Below are positions 1 through 9,829 of a stretch of DNA of 64,000 nucleotides, one piece after another. Within the stretch, counting starts at the first letter, position 1, and the number at the start of each line of letters is the position of its first letter. A model generated the notes under the pieces. That model saw only the letters and a program-made list of their open reading frames with translations. It did not search any database and was not told where the DNA came from. The translations under genes were made by a program, and so were the position numbers. The stretch is taken from NCBI GenBank assembly GCA_963753035.1, contig CAVWAW010000009.1, positions 2,956-66,955 of the forward strand. The letters are read 5' to 3'. The stretch is from an uncultured Acidobacteriota bacterium (lineage in GTDB: Bacteria > Acidobacteriota > Thermoanaerobaculia > Thermoanaerobaculales > Sulfomarinibacteraceae).

Positions 1-1029
1 AAGCCGAAGTTCAACGGAAACCTGCATTCTGGCCATTTCAGGCCGGCGGATTTCGGACCGCAGAAAGACCAGTCCGACGCCGGCGCCGAAGAAGGCCAGC
101 CGAAGGACGGCCCGACCTCAACCGGACCGGTGTTTCCGGACTCCCCGTGGAACCTCGCGTTCCTCGATCGTTTCGATGCCGAGCTGGATTGGAACATCAG
201 CGAGCTCGAGGTCTTTCACGACACCAACCGGGAGATCGAGATCTCGATTATCCTCCGCGATGGTGAAGTGAAGATGGACCGCTTTCGGGGAACCGGGCAC
301 CTCGGCGGCACCTTGACGGGCAGTGCATCCCTCACCCCCGCGCCCGAGGGGCGCCGGCTCGTGGTCGAGTTTCACCTCGCCGACAGCCAGCTCAATCTTG
401 CCGGAGAGGGCGCCGACCCGAGTCAGTACGCTCCAGCGGATATCGATTTCACCATGAGTCTTGCCGGGCGAACGGCGCACGAGATGGCGGCCAGCGCCAA
501 CGGCCGGATTGTGGTCAATATCGGTGCGGGGGTTCTGCAGAAGAGCATCATCGACGTCCTGTCCGCCGATGTCCTCGTCACCCTGCTCGAGGCGCTCAAT
601 CCGTTTTCCAAACAGGAAGACCACACCAACCTCAATTGTTCGGTGCTGGTCGCGAACTTCACCGACGGGGTCATGACCCTTGATCCGGCGGCCGTTCAGA
701 CCGACATGGTGACCATCCTCGGTGACGGCACCATCGACTTCTCGACCGAGAAGCTCAGGCTCGACTGGATCACCAAACCCCGAAAGGGCATCGGCATCAG
801 CGCGAGCATGTTCACCAACCCCTACATCCGGCTCGGCGGCACGCTGTCGAAACCCGCCATCGAGATGAAGCCCGCCCAGGCCCTCGCTTCAACCGGGGCC
901 GCGGTCGCAACCATGGGTATTACCCTCGTCGCCAAGGGTTTCCTCGACCGGATCACCTCGGAGAAGAAGGTCTGCGAGCAGGCGACGAAGCAAGCCGCGA
1001 AACAGATTCAACCGCAACCACCGAGGTAG
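1..1029 (+). CDS. AsmA-family protein, C-terminal portion (gene starts upstream of the window)
   Basis: Frame 1 is open from base 1 into listed ORF 130..1029. The C-terminus GDGTIDFSTEKLRLDWITKPRKGIGISASMFTNPYIRLGGTLSKPAI resembles the AsmA C-terminal region (from memory, no search). Confidence 0.55.
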   Translation, partial: KPKFNGNLHSGHFRPADFGPQKDQSDAGAEEGQPKDGPTSTGPVFPDSPWNLAFLDRFDAELDWNISELEVFHDTNREIEISIILRDGEVKMDRFRGTGHLGGTLTGSASLTPAPEGRRLVVEFHLADSQLNLAGEGADPSQYAPADIDFTMSLAGRTAHEMAASANGRIVVNIGAGVLQKSIIDVLSADVLVTLLEALNPFSKQEDHTNLNCSVLVANFTDGVMTLDPAAVQTDMVTILGDGTIDFSTEKLRLDWITKPRKGIGISASMFTNPYIRLGGTLSKPAIEMKPAQALASTGAAVATMGITLVAKGFLDRITSEKKVCEQATKQAAKQIQPQPPR

Positions 1030-1131
1030 GCGATAGGAGTGTCCTATCGCGGAGCGCCCGAGACGCCCGCAGTGGATGGTACGATCCGAGCAGACCAGAC
1101 CGATCACAGCGGACCGATTTGGAAGGCGCGG

Positions 1132-2833
1132 ATGACCGGATACAAACGACCGAAATTTCAGAAACGCGGCGGGATGCTCCTTTTGGCCGGATTGCTGGTC
1201 CTCTCCGCGACCTCGGCGCATGCGTCCCCGAAACACCCCCTGGAGCCGCTCGATCGATCCAGTCCACGGGCAACGCTGACGTCATTCATCGAGTCCCTCG
1301 ATCGGGCATGGGATCTTTATTCGGCCGGCGATCCCGGATACCGCAGCGTATTTCGCGAGACCAGAGACTGTCTCGACTTGAGCGATGTGCCGCCGTTGGT
1401 GTTCGACGAGGCCTCGGCGCGGGCCGCACTGCTCCTGAAAGAGGTCCTCGACCGCATCGAGCTGCCGCCGTTCATCGAGATCCCCGACGCCGCGACCGTC
1501 GGCGAGCTCGGGTTGGAGCGCTGGACCATTCCCCACACCGAGATCACCCTGGATCGGATCGCCGACGGCGATCGGCAGGGGCAGTGGGTCTTCTCCACCG
1601 GCACGGTTCGACGAATCGAGGAATTCTACGGCATTGTCCGGCACCTGCCCTACCGACCCGGTCGAGTGGGCGGCCACATCGAGGAGCTGCAGTCGGCTTC
1701 CAGGTCCGTCCTCCTGCTGAAACTGATCCGGACGATGCCGTCCTGGGCTGCCTTGCGTGTGGGCGGGATGATGGTGTGGCAGTGGTTCGGACTGTCCCTG
1801 TTGATCGGGCTGCTGGCCGTGGGACTGGCCGTTGTCGCCTGGCTCGCCCGTCGCCTTCGGGCCGGTGAAACGCTCTGGCGGGCTCCGGCTCGGGCGCTGG
1901 TGCCGGCGGCGCTGCTTTCGGTGCCGTTCGTCGGGCAGTTCATGATCGACCGTCTCTTCACCCTCCCCGGAACACCGGCGCTCTGGTTGCGGGTGGCGCT
2001 TTCGGTCGTCGGGGCCTTCGGATTGGCGTGGTTGGCCGCGCTCGCGGTGATACGCGTCGGCGAGCTGACCGTTCAAATCTGGTTTCGCGACGCGCGGCCG
2101 CTGAAAAAACAGCTTGTCCGGGTCATGTTCCGCATCGCCACCATCATCGTCGTCACCGGGATCGGCGTCGTGGCCATGCAGCGACTCGGCGTTCCCGTGG
2201 CCGGGCTCGTCGCCGGACTCGGTGTCGGTGGTCTCGCCATCGCCCTGGCCGCCCAGAGCACCCTCGAGAACTTCATCGGCGGCATCATCCTCTATGCCGA
2301 CCAGCCGGTGCAGGGTCGGCGATATCTGCAAGTTCGGCGACCGCCGCGGCACCGTCGAAGATGTCGGGCTGCGTTCGGTCAAGGTCCGCACCATCGACAA
2401 CACCGTGGTGACAGTCCCCAACGCCACCTTCGCCAAGATGCAATTGGAGAATCTGTCGGAACGGGATCGGATTCTGCTCCGAGAAATCCTCGGTCTGAGG
2501 TACGAGACAACACGAGATCAGCTGCGAACGGTACTGTCGAATGTCGAGTCTATGCTTCGAAGCCATGGATCCATCGACGATGACCGACTCCGGGTGCGTT
2601 TCGACGGCTTTGACGATGCTGCTCTCAAGATCGAGATCTACGCCTATGCGATGGCCGAAACCTGGCCGGAGTTTCTCGAGATCCGCGAGGACGTCCTCTT
2701 CAAGGTCATGGAGATCATCGAGAACGCGGGAACCCGCCTCGCCCTGCCCACCGAGGTGCACTATGCGGCGGAGGGAGCGTCGGGAATCGTGGGACGTAAG
2801 TCGCATGAGCCGGAGCGCCCCGCAACTCCGTAG
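1132..2833 (+). pseudogene. MscS-family mechanosensitive channel with N-terminal extension; frame broken once near 2311 (pseudogene or sequencing error)
   Basis: ORF 1039..2583 has a signal-like N-terminus and TM helices and ends ...GGIILYADQPV. ORF 2114..2833 continues RVGDICKFGDRRGTVEDVGLRSVKVRTIDNTVVTVPN, the MscS beta-domain signature. Deleting the c at 2311 (gtgCagg) joins them as DQPVRVGDI. ATG 1132 follows ggaagg. Confidence 0.75.
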
Positions 2834-2856
2834 CCGGACCATCCGGACCTCATCGT

Positions 2857-3216
2857 GGGTTTTTGAAACACGAAGGTCACAAAGAACCACCAAGGCTGCC
2901 ACAAAGCACCTCGATTGAAAGTCGGACCTCGGTTCCGGAGCGACATTCGACTTCGTGGATCGGTTGATGTGACTTCAGCGGTTTGTTTGAAACGCAAAGA
3001 GCGCCATGAACGCAAAGGCCATCGCAAAAAACCCATTTCATACAACCATCGCATCGGATCTGCTGCGTTCAACCATTGATGAAACGCTGCGATGGTGCGA
3101 TGGGTCAAAATTGCGATGGCCTTTGCGATGTTCTTGGCGATCTTTGCGGTCTTTGCGGTAAAACTGCGATGCTTCGTGCAGCCCTTGGTGGTCCTTTTTG
3201 ATCTTCGTGTTTCAAA
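2857..3216. repeat. MITE-like element (family Rep-B): ~48-bp imperfect terminal inverted repeats around a core with tgcgatggtgcgatgg and ctttgcg repeats
   Basis: 2860-2910 (tttgaaacacgaaggtcacaaagaaccaccaaggctgccacaaagcac) is about 85% identical to the reverse complement of 3166-3216. The core 3088-3160 carries tgcgatggtgcgatgg plus cctttgcg/tctttgcg repeats seen at other loci. Confidence 0.6.
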
Positions 3217-3374
3217 CTCGCCGTTGAATCCACCACAACCGATCCACGGAGTTTTTGAAAGTAGCAACGCGCCGGCGACTTCGGCCAGGTGAGCGCTGGG
3301 ACTTCGAGAATCGACCTCGCGGGATTCAAGAAAACCCGATGTGAAGACTGGTGATCTTCCCGGAGACCAAGAAA

Positions 3375-3416
3375 CGTCTTACGTCTAACGCCTAACATCT
3401 AACGTCTAACCACTCA
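3375..3416. repeat. AT-rich heptamer tandem array (cgtctaa-type, 6 units) abutting the helicase start codon
   Basis: The array reads cgtctta cgtctaa cgcctaa catctaa cgtctaa ccactca directly, and ends 3 nt before ATG 3420. Confidence 0.8.
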
Positions 3417-3419
3417 CGA

Positions 3420-6026
3420 ATGCACCGCTCCCTTATACTCACCGGCATGACCGAAACCACTGACGTTCAGAACCTCGTATCGCGTATTCCCGAAGGCGGC
3501 ACCACCGATCCCGATCGAATCCTCGATCTCTTTCTCGAGTGGGTGGCCGATATCGGCTTCGAGCTCTACCCGGCGCAGGAAGAGGCGCTGCTCGAGGTCA
3601 TGGCTGGGCGGCACGTCGTCTTGTCGACCCCGACGGGATCAGGCAAATCACTGGTCGCGCTGGGGCTCCACTTCAAGGGATTGTGTGAAGGCAGGGTTTC
3701 CTACTACACCTCCCCCATCAAGGCGCTGGCGTCGGAGAAGTTCTTCTCGCTGTGCAACGATCTCGGCGCCGACAACGTCGGGATGCTCACCGGTGACGCG
3801 AGCATCAACCCCGATGCGCTGGTGATCTGCTGCACCGCCGAGGTGCTGGCCAACCTCTCGCTGAGGAAGGGACCCGAGCTCGAGGCGCCTTACGTTGTGA
3901 TGGACGAGTTCCACTACTACGCCGACCGCGACCGCGGCTGGGCCTGGCAGGTGCCGCTGGTCAACGCACCGACGAGTCAATTCCTCCTCATGTCCGCGAC
4001 CCTGGGCGACATGACGGCCATCATGCAGCAGATTGAGGACCGCACCCGCCGGGAGGCGGTTCACGTCACCTCGGCCGAGCGCCCGGTGCCGCTGGATTTC
4101 ACCTATCGCGAGACGCCCATCCACGAAACGGTGGAATGGCTCGCCGAGAGCGGCAAAGCGCCGATCTATGTCGTCAACTTCACCCAACGGGAGTGCGCCG
4201 AGCTCGCCCAGGCGCTCACCAGCATGCCGCTGACGACCAAGGACGAGAAGGCGGCGATCAAGGAAGCCGTCGGCGCGACCCGGTTCACGACCCCGTACGG
4301 CAAGGAGTTCAGGCGTTTTCTCTCCTTCGGGATCGGCGTCCACCACGCCGGGCTGCTGCCGAGATACCGGTTGCTGGTCGAGAAATTGGCGCAACAGGGC
4401 CTGCTCAAGATCATCTCGGGCACCGACACTCTCGGGGTCGGGGTCAACATCCCGATCCGCACCGTCCTGTTCACCAAGCTCGCCAAGTTCGACGGCGAGA
4501 AGGTGACCCAGCTCAAGGTCCGCGACTTCAAGCAGATCGCCGGCCGTGCAGGACGCAAGGGCTTCGATGATCAGGGAAGCGTCGTCGCTCAGGCCCCCGA
4601 CCACGTCATCGAGAAGGTCATCGCCGACCGCAAGGCCGCCGCCAACCCGAAGAAAAAGAAAAAGGGCCCGCCGAAACAACCGCGCGCCGGCGAGGTCTCG
4701 TGGTCCGAGGACAGCTTCAACAATCTCATCAAGAACGACCCGGAACGATTGGTCTCACGCTTCCGGATCACCCCCGGAATGATGGTCGACCTTCTCCAGC
4801 GCGACGCCGCCGTCAACGACCCGACGGCCGGCAACTTCCACTCGCTGCGCGACCTCATCCGCCACTGCCACGATGACGACGGCGGCAAGGCGAGCCACCT
4901 CAACCACGCCGCCAAGCTCGCACGGTCGCTCGAGCACGCCGGCATCATCAAAATGGTCAAGGACACCGACAGCCCCTACTACTGGGTCGTGGTCAACGAC
5001 GATCTCCAGTTCGACTTCTCGCTCTTCCACAATCTCTCGCTCTTCCTCATCGAGGCCATCGAGGGGCTCGACCGGGACGATCCGGATTTCGCGCTGGATC
5101 TCGTGAGCCTGGTGGAATCGGTGCTCGAAGATCCGACCATCATCCTCCGACGTCAACTGGATGTCATCAAGACCGAACTCATCAACCGGCTCAAGGCCGA
5201 GGGGGTGAGCTATGACGAGCGGATGAACCGGCTCGACGCGGTCACGCCGCCGCAGCCCCGCGCCGACTATCTCTTCGCGGTCTTCGAGCACTTCCGCAAG
5301 CTCCACCCGTGGGTCGGCGGCGACATGGTCAAGCCCAAGTCCATCGGCCGCGAGATGCTCGAGGAATACCTCGATTTCGGCGACTACGTGAAGAAGTACG
5401 GTCTCCACCGCTTCGAGGGCGTTCTTCTTCGGTATCTCTCCCAGCTTTACAAGACACTGGACCAAAACGTGCCGGATCTCGTCAAGGACGACGCCGTCCT
5501 CGAGGTTCTCGGTTACTTCCGCTCCATGCTCGAGCGGGTCGACACCAGCCTCATCGAAGAATGGGAGGGGCTTCGCCACCCCGAGCTGCGGCTGGAAAAG
5601 GGTGTCGAGGACTCCCACGAAGCCCTCCGCCTGCTCGCCGTCGAGGAGCTGCGGACCGACGACCGCAAACTCGCCTCACGGGTCCGCGCCGAGATGCGGC
5701 AGCTCGTACGGGCCCTGTCCCAACGCGATTGGGAGGCGGCCGAGAGCAGCGTCAGACAATCTGAAGACGAGGACGATGGGTGGCCGGCCGATCGCTTCAG
5801 CTCGGCCATGGCGCCATTCTACGAGCGATTCGAATCCCTCATTTTCGACCACCGGGCCCGCCTCAACGACACCACCGTCATCGCCCGCGAGGGCGACAAA
5901 CGATGGAAGATCACCCAGAACCTCTTCGACCCCGAAGACGAGAACCTCTGGTACATCGAGGGCGAGGTCGATCTCGATCAATGGAACGGAGGGCCGCTCG
6001 TGGCGGTGACGGAGATTGGTTCGTGA
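3420..6026 (+). CDS. DEAD/DEAH-box (Ski2-like) helicase with long C-terminal domain (DUF3516-like)
   Basis: 868-aa intact ORF. It has Walker A TPTGSGKS, a DEFH box (VVMDEFHYY) and helicase C motifs (HHAGLLP, QIAGRAGRKG). The alternative start is ATG 3447. Confidence 0.85.
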   Translation: MHRSLILTGMTETTDVQNLVSRIPEGGTTDPDRILDLFLEWVADIGFELYPAQEEALLEVMAGRHVVLSTPTGSGKSLVALGLHFKGLCEGRVSYYTSPIKALASEKFFSLCNDLGADNVGMLTGDASINPDALVICCTAEVLANLSLRKGPELEAPYVVMDEFHYYADRDRGWAWQVPLVNAPTSQFLLMSATLGDMTAIMQQIEDRTRREAVHVTSAERPVPLDFTYRETPIHETVEWLAESGKAPIYVVNFTQRECAELAQALTSMPLTTKDEKAAIKEAVGATRFTTPYGKEFRRFLSFGIGVHHAGLLPRYRLLVEKLAQQGLLKIISGTDTLGVGVNIPIRTVLFTKLAKFDGEKVTQLKVRDFKQIAGRAGRKGFDDQGSVVAQAPDHVIEKVIADRKAAANPKKKKKGPPKQPRAGEVSWSEDSFNNLIKNDPERLVSRFRITPGMMVDLLQRDAAVNDPTAGNFHSLRDLIRHCHDDDGGKASHLNHAAKLARSLEHAGIIKMVKDTDSPYYWVVVNDDLQFDFSLFHNLSLFLIEAIEGLDRDDPDFALDLVSLVESVLEDPTIILRRQLDVIKTELINRLKAEGVSYDERMNRLDAVTPPQPRADYLFAVFEHFRKLHPWVGGDMVKPKSIGREMLEEYLDFGDYVKKYGLHRFEGVLLRYLSQLYKTLDQNVPDLVKDDAVLEVLGYFRSMLERVDTSLIEEWEGLRHPELRLEKGVEDSHEALRLLAVEELRTDDRKLASRVRAEMRQLVRALSQRDWEAAESSVRQSEDEDDGWPADRFSSAMAPFYERFESLIFDHRARLNDTTVIAREGDKRWKITQNLFDPEDENLWYIEGEVDLDQWNGGPLVAVTEIGS

Positions 6027-6048
6027 TCGTCGATTGAACGATACTGAA

Positions 6049-6204
6049 GGCAGGCTGGAAGCCTGCCCCACAATTCGGACCCCTCCTGGTAGTTTTGGCC
6101 CTTTGGGGAACAGGCTTCTGTCCTGGTGCACGGACGGGCCCTTTGTGGAGCAGGCTTCCAACCCTGGTGCCTGGTCCTTTGTGGAGCAGGCTTCCAGCCT
6201 GCTC
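6049..6204. repeat. Cluster of REP-like GC hairpins with CCACAAT/CCACAAA tails
   Basis: ggcaggctggaagcctgcc + ccacaat lies at 6049-6074. The reverse-oriented cctttgtgg + gagcaggcttccagcctgctc lies at 6175-6204, with a degenerate copy at 6138-6165. Confidence 0.7.
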
Positions 6205-6480
6205 ATGGTTCATTCGAGCAAGTGGGCCTAGTCAACCATCGGAACCAACCACGAATTCATCGCCCAATCTCCGTGCTGAGGCCCGCGCATCCCACGCGAT
6301 GACCGGGGTCACGGCATCCGTCGTTTGCGTGTGTAAAATGCGCTCATCGACGCTCTCGATGCGATCGACAGCCCGATCTTTCCAATCCATCCTTCCGGTG
6401 AGGCGTGCACCTCAACATGGTCTGCACGGTCATCACGGGCGTCATGGATTGCACGATCCGTTCTCAAGAGAGGAGAGAGC

Positions 6481-7704
6481 ATGAACCGCCGTTTGATGAT
6501 CATTTCGCTACTGTCCACCATATTCGCGGTGACTCCCGCATTCGCCCAGTTTGGTTATCCATCCTGTACCGGACAACCGGTTCTCACCGGAGACCAAACC
6601 GGCACGGTGAGTTTCAACGCCTACGCGAGTTTCACTCCGTACAGCGACACCATCGACACCACCACCGGCACCGGGTGCGAACCTGCCGCGGGGCTTCCCG
6701 ATTCGGTGGTCTGCTTCACACCGGAGACCCCCTGCAGCGTCACCGCCCGTCTCATCTCATTAAACGGCACGCAGATGGCTCTCAATGTTCTGACCGGGTG
6801 CAGCACGACTCCCGCCTCCTGCATCGACGGCCTAGCCGGTGACACCGGGGAGATCGGCGCGACCACCCTCCTGTCCGATACACAGATCTGCTATGTCGCC
6901 AGCGTCGCCGGCGCGCCGACCGATGCCAGATTTGAGTTCGATGATCTCTCAGCCTGCGGCACGCTCGCCGGAGGCGGTGGGGGCGGGGGCGGAGGCGGCG
7001 GTGGCGCCGACCTCGACGAAATCTACTTCATCCCGGCCGCCGCACGCGCAGCCGGCGCCGGCTCCTCGTTCTTCGTAACCGATATCGATGTCAACAACTC
7101 GGGCAGGTTCATGGCAACCTACAAGTTTCTCTGGCTGCCCCGCGACACCAACAACGCGTCACCCGCCGAATCCGGCGCCTTCACCATCGGACCGGGTGTC
7201 TCGATCCGCTACGAGGACGTCCTCGCCGAGATCTTCAACGTCGGCAGCGGCACCACCGCGCTTGGAGCGCTGGCCATCATCTCGGACAGCCCAAACCTGC
7301 TCTTCATGAGCCGGACCTTCAACTCGAGCGTAGACGGCACCTTTGGCCAGGCCATCGTGGGGATCGAGGAAAGCGATCTCATTCGAGCGGGTGAACGACG
7401 TCGTGTTCTCTTCATGACCGAGAACAACGACTATCGATCCAACGTCGGGTTCCAGAACGGGACCGACACCGCGCTGACCGTAAAATGGGAGCGGTTCAGG
7501 GCCGATGGCACCTCGATCAACACAGGAGAAACCCGGCTGCTCCCCTTGGGCAACACACAGTGGAACCGGGTCTTCAACGACCTCAAACCCATCGAGGCGG
7601 CCTATGTCGATGTCTGGACCGAGACATCGGGGGGCAAATTCGCCGTCTACGGCTCGGTGCTCGACTCCGGCACTTCGGATCCGACAACCGTGCCAGGTCA
7701 GTAA
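6481..7704 (+). CDS. Secreted hypothetical protein: Cys-containing N-domain, 12-Gly linker, uncharacterised C-domain
   Basis: Signal peptide MNRRLMIISLLSTIFAVTPAFAQ. RBS gagaggagaga lies before the ATG. It has a GGGGGGGGGGGG linker. I recognise no family with confidence. Confidence 0.6.
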   Translation: MNRRLMIISLLSTIFAVTPAFAQFGYPSCTGQPVLTGDQTGTVSFNAYASFTPYSDTIDTTTGTGCEPAAGLPDSVVCFTPETPCSVTARLISLNGTQMALNVLTGCSTTPASCIDGLAGDTGEIGATTLLSDTQICYVASVAGAPTDARFEFDDLSACGTLAGGGGGGGGGGGGADLDEIYFIPAAARAAGAGSSFFVTDIDVNNSGRFMATYKFLWLPRDTNNASPAESGAFTIGPGVSIRYEDVLAEIFNVGSGTTALGALAIISDSPNLLFMSRTFNSSVDGTFGQAIVGIEESDLIRAGERRRVLFMTENNDYRSNVGFQNGTDTALTVKWERFRADGTSINTGETRLLPLGNTQWNRVFNDLKPIEAAYVDVWTETSGGKFAVYGSVLDSGTSDPTTVPGQ

Positions 7705-7727
7705 CCGAAACATCCGATCCATCTGCC

Positions 7728-7760
7728 AACGGCGGGGCTTCGGCCCCGCCGTTCTTGGTT
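7728..7760 (+). terminator. Rho-independent terminator candidate
   Basis: aacggcggggc ttcg gccccgccgtt forms an 11-bp stem, followed by cttggttatatat, 24 nt after stop 7704. Confidence 0.6.
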
Positions 7761-7845
7761 ATATATCGGTTCGGCCCGACACCCCTGGAAGATCGACCGC
7801 GGTGTTCGTGTTCTCTCATGCAGATCCCATGGCAAGGAGAGAAAG

Positions 7846-8253
7846 ATGACACGATTTGGCGACTATGCTGACCATGCATATGCACTTCTGAGAATCATGG
7901 CTGGATTCATGTTCACGATGCACGGGGTGCAAAAGATCTTCGGGGTGCTGACAGAGCGCGAGACCGAAGTCTTTTCCCAGCTCTGGTTCGGTGGACTCAT
8001 CGAACTGGTCTGCGGGATCCTGATCCTGCTGGGATTCCAGACCCGATGGGCCGCATTTCTGGCGAGCGGCACCATGGCCGTTGCCTATTTCCAGTTCCAC
8101 TGGAAGTTTCAGTTCGGAGCCGCGTTCTTCCCCGGCGTCAACCACGGAGAGCTGGCGGTTCTCTACTGCTTTGTCTTTCTCTACATGGCCACTCGCGGAG
8201 GTGTAAAGTGGTGCTTCGACGCCACAGACGGAACTTCGTCCAACGCGCACTGA
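7846..8253 (+). CDS. DoxX-family membrane protein
   Basis: 135 aa. LLRIMAGFMFTMHGVQKIFG and multiple TM segments are typical of DoxX. RBS aaggagag. Confidence 0.8.
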   Translation: MTRFGDYADHAYALLRIMAGFMFTMHGVQKIFGVLTERETEVFSQLWFGGLIELVCGILILLGFQTRWAAFLASGTMAVAYFQFHWKFQFGAAFFPGVNHGELAVLYCFVFLYMATRGGVKWCFDATDGTSSNAH

Positions 8254-8269
8254 CACAAGGAGGCGCCAA

Positions 8270-8626
8270 ATGAATCACGACGCAACGATTCGAGACGATG
8301 TTTTCATCGAGGACGCAGAATCGAACGAGTGCGGTATTCCGATGCCGAGCATCAATGAGGTGGGATGGCTGCTTGTCGGTGGCGGTGTTGTGGGCCTGAT
8401 CGTCGCCCTCCTGCGGAAGCGGCGCGGTCTCCTCGATATCGCCGCACCTCTCGGTCTCATGGGTCTCGGTTCGGGAGTACTGCTCCAGGAGCGCCAGACC
8501 AACATGGATGTCGCAGAGGACAATATTCTCGCCGAGCTCGACGCCCTCGATCCGGTCGCCCGGGCTCAGGTTCTCAAGGCCGTCGCGAAAGAGGAGTTCG
8601 GGCGGATTCCCGGGCTCGGATCGTAG
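8270..8626 (+). CDS. Hypothetical small membrane protein
   Basis: 118-aa ORF with RBS aaggagg at 8256-8262 before the ATG. It has two hydrophobic segments and no recognisable family. Confidence 0.45.
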   Translation: MNHDATIRDDVFIEDAESNECGIPMPSINEVGWLLVGGGVVGLIVALLRKRRGLLDIAAPLGLMGLGSGVLLQERQTNMDVAEDNILAELDALDPVARAQVLKAVAKEEFGRIPGLGS

Positions 8627-8708
8627 ACCTTGGATCTCAACGGTTGAGATCGGGCAGTACGCTTTCCGCCGCCTCGCGGCGGCGACGCAGGCGGAGCAGC
8701 CGCCGAGG

Positions 8709-9152
8709 TCACGCGTCGATGGTCGGAGGTTCGTCAGGGTCTCGTTGGGACGACCAGTCTGCGTCGAAGGTGACCGGCCCGCCGCCGCCCTGGACCCGGC
8801 CACGAAAGGCCTCGACGAGCGCCCGCCGGACCGCCGACCGGGTGGGCGGGATCAACAGAAGAAAACCGAAGATGTCGGTGAGCAGCCCGGGTGTGAGCAG
8901 CACCGCCCCGGCGACCAGGATGAGGAGCCCGTCGACCAGCGCGTCGGCCGGCACCCGACCGGCCGCCATGTCTGTTTGAACACGCCGCATCGTCGCCAAA
9001 CCCTGCCACCGCGCGAGAGCCGCACCCGCAAATCCGGTCACCAGAACGATGGCGATGGTGGGCGCGAGCCCGATGACCCGCCCGAGCTGAATCAGCAGCC
9101 CGAGCTCGACGAGGGGAACGACGGTGAAGAGCAGCAGCAGGCGGAAGAACAT
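8709..9152 (-). CDS. fxsA: FxsA-family cytoplasmic membrane protein
   Basis: MFFRLLLLFTVVPLVELGLLIQLGRVIG... and LLTPGLLTDIFGFLLLIPPTR match the FxsA pattern. Confidence 0.8.
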   Translation of the reverse strand: MFFRLLLLFTVVPLVELGLLIQLGRVIGLAPTIAIVLVTGFAGAALARWQGLATMRRVQTDMAAGRVPADALVDGLLILVAGAVLLTPGLLTDIFGFLLLIPPTRSAVRRALVEAFRGRVQGGGGPVTFDADWSSQRDPDEPPTIDA

Positions 9153-9297
9153 GAGGAGAGACTACCACCGGTCACCAGTATTCATCGAGCATGAAACGTC
9201 AAAGCGCTCTGCTGCAGCTCTGTCAGGACTGATCGCGTCGCTGAAGCAACCGCCACTCTCGTCTTCGAGCCCCGTAAAACCCCAGGACCTCGAGACT

Positions 9298-9801
9298 TCA
9301 GTCAACCGGCACCATCGTCCGCGCCTGCCGGTCCTTCTTGACTCCGGGGAAGGGCAGGACCCGGTTGTGCATGACGGCGTAGACTCCGCCATCGAGGAGT
9401 TTGGCGGCAAGGAGCGCCTCGGTGACGTTCTGCAGCCCGTCGGTGTCACGGAATTCGTAGGGCCGCATGGCGCCGGTGAGGATCACCGGAATGTCGATCT
9501 CACCGAGTTCACTGTGCAGGACCTCGCCCGTTTTCGCCAGCGTGTCGGTACCGTGCAGGATTACGATCGCGTCCGAAGAAGTCAGCGCATCCTGCACGGC
9601 TTTGAGGATCACCAATCGGTCTTCCTCGGTCATGTCGAGGGAGTCCTTGTGCATCACCACGTTGTGTCGGACAAAGAGATCGGGCAGCCGCAACGACCCG
9701 AGGATGACATCGAGCACCGAGCGAGAGTTCGCCAACGAGCCGTCGAACTCGTTGTAGGTCTTGTCGATCGTTCCACCGGTGGTGAGGATTGTGAGTCGCA
9801 T
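9298..9801 (-). CDS. Asparaginase N-terminal-domain protein (short, 167 aa)
   Basis: ILTTGGTIDK and HGTDTL motifs of the L-asparaginase/GatD N-terminal domain. There is no C-terminal domain. Confidence 0.65.
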   Translation of the reverse strand: MRLTILTTGGTIDKTYNEFDGSLANSRSVLDVILGSLRLPDLFVRHNVVMHKDSLDMTEEDRLVILKAVQDALTSSDAIVILHGTDTLAKTGEVLHSELGEIDIPVILTGAMRPYEFRDTDGLQNVTEALLAAKLLDGGVYAVMHNRVLPFPGVKKDRQARTMVPVD

Positions 9802-9829
9802 GGTGTCGCTCCAGAAAATGCAGTACCAG

